From a virus: a stretch of DNA of 39,231 nt. The position numbers and the translations under genes were made by a program. Under the pieces are notes generated by a model. It was not told the origin of the DNA. It was given only the letters and a program-made list of their open reading frames with translations, and made no database searches. Shown piece by piece: positions 38,665 to 39,231 of the stretch (the stretch's first letter is position 1; the number at the start of each line of letters is the position of its first letter). The stretch is from the IMG/VR virus record IMGVR_UViG_3300045988_060233. One strand, written 5' to 3'.

Positions 38665-39074
38665 TCCAAAAATACATTATCTCCCTTCCCCCTATTACCA
38701 AGAAGAACTCCCAGCAAATCCTTACCAACCATCGTACAGGCAAGCCGTTCATCGCCCCCAGCAGGCAGTATAAGAAGTACGAACAGGCCGCTATGTGGTA
38801 TCTCACCCCAAAGCCGAAAGCCCCGCTGTCGGGCCGCTACCGCGTCGCCACGGTGTTCTATATGCCGACCCGCCGCAAAGTAGACCTCACGAACTTGATG
38901 GAGGCTGCACATGACACCCTTGTCGCCGCCAAAATTCTGGCCGACGACAATAACACCATCATTGCCAGCGTGGACGGCTCCCGCGTACTGTACGACAAAT
39001 CCAACCCCCGCACCGAAATTTTCATTGAAGAAATGGAGGATGAAGCAGATGCCAATCTGCGAACTTTACCATGA
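38661..39074 (+). CDS. rusA: RusA-family Holliday junction resolvase
   Basis: ATGA coupling. PPITKKNS...FYMPTRRKVDLTNLMEAAHDTLV...DDN pattern. Confidence 0.75.
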   Translation: MIQKYIISLPPITKKNSQQILTNHRTGKPFIAPSRQYKKYEQAAMWYLTPKPKAPLSGRYRVATVFYMPTRRKVDLTNLMEAAHDTLVAAKILADDNNTIIASVDGSRVLYDKSNPRTEIFIEEMEDEADANLRTLP

Positions 39075-39231
39075 TAATTTTCAAAATTACAAGTGCTATG
39101 GAATCCCACACGCACAGCTTGTAATCGCCGATATTCCCTATAACATTGGCGCTAACGCTTACGCCAGCAATCCCGTCTGGTACAACGGCGGAGACAATAA
39201 AAACGGAGAAAGCAAACTCGCCAAAAAAAAC
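39049..39231 (+). CDS. DNA methyltransferase, 5' part (continues at base 100 after the duplicated 99 nt)
   Basis: GGAGGA 8 nt upstream of ATG 39049. MPICELYHDNF...VIADIPYNIG. Same frame as 1..693. Confidence 0.75.
   Translation, partial: MPICELYHDNFQNYKCYGIPHAQLVIADIPYNIGANAYASNPVWYNGGDNKNGESKLAKKN
39133..39231. repeat. Terminal direct repeat (circular-closure overlap), identical to 1-99
   Basis: Base-by-base comparison of both ends. Confidence 0.95.

Larger units (their letters stand above)
1..39231. mobile_element. Complete temperate siphovirus-type phage genome (circular assembly, unit length 39,132 bp)
   Basis: 1-99 identical to 39133-39231. An ORF reads through the junction. Full module order present: packaging, head, tail with tape measure and no sheath, lysis, cargo, attP/int, repressor/cro, replication. 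Confidence 0.85.

Overview
The window is one complete, circularly closed genome of a temperate siphovirus-type phage. The unit length is 39,132 bp: bases 1-99 repeat exactly at 39133-39231, and a DNA methyltransferase gene reads across that junction. Strong AGGAGG-type Shine-Dalgarno sites, SPP1-like modules (portal, gp7/MuF, G39P-like loader), an M23+GH25 endolysin and an attP carrying a tRNA 3' end suggest a Firmicutes/Clostridia host; this is inference only.

Gene order on the + strand:
- methyltransferase and a set of small Cys-rich proteins, including an untracked Lar-like ORF
- a putative late regulator
- about 0.78 kb with no credible gene
- terS, terL, portal and a MuF-metallopeptidase fusion
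- scaffold, capsid and neck genes, major tail protein, G/GT chaperone with a -1 frameshift site
- an antisense moron, then tape measure, Dit, Tal-like protein and fibres (one collagen-like)
- endolysin and holins
- an 8-gene cargo operon of unknown function
- attP

The lysogeny module follows on the - strand: integrase, an HTH protein, a membrane protein and a CI-like repressor. The + strand then resumes with cro-like and early/replication genes: a hexapeptide-repeat protein, a putative annealing protein, NinB-like protein, SSB, DnaD-like organizer, loader, a frameshifted PAPS-reductase-like gene and RusA.

Best candidates for something new:
1. The terminator-bounded, GC-rich, GCAA-rich non-coding locus at about 3080-3716, which carries an embedded tRNA-like element with no anticodon arm. 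It may be a large structured phage RNA.
2. The post-lysis cargo operon (24639-27950). It encodes a C39-like peptidase, Q-rich and Gly/Trp-rich proteins, a Cys-rich membrane protein and a C1q/TNF-like protein.
3. The self-contained antisense glycine-zipper moron inside the tail operon.
4. The 21-22x hexapeptide-repeat early protein.

All family assignments come from motifs read by eye. No database search was run.
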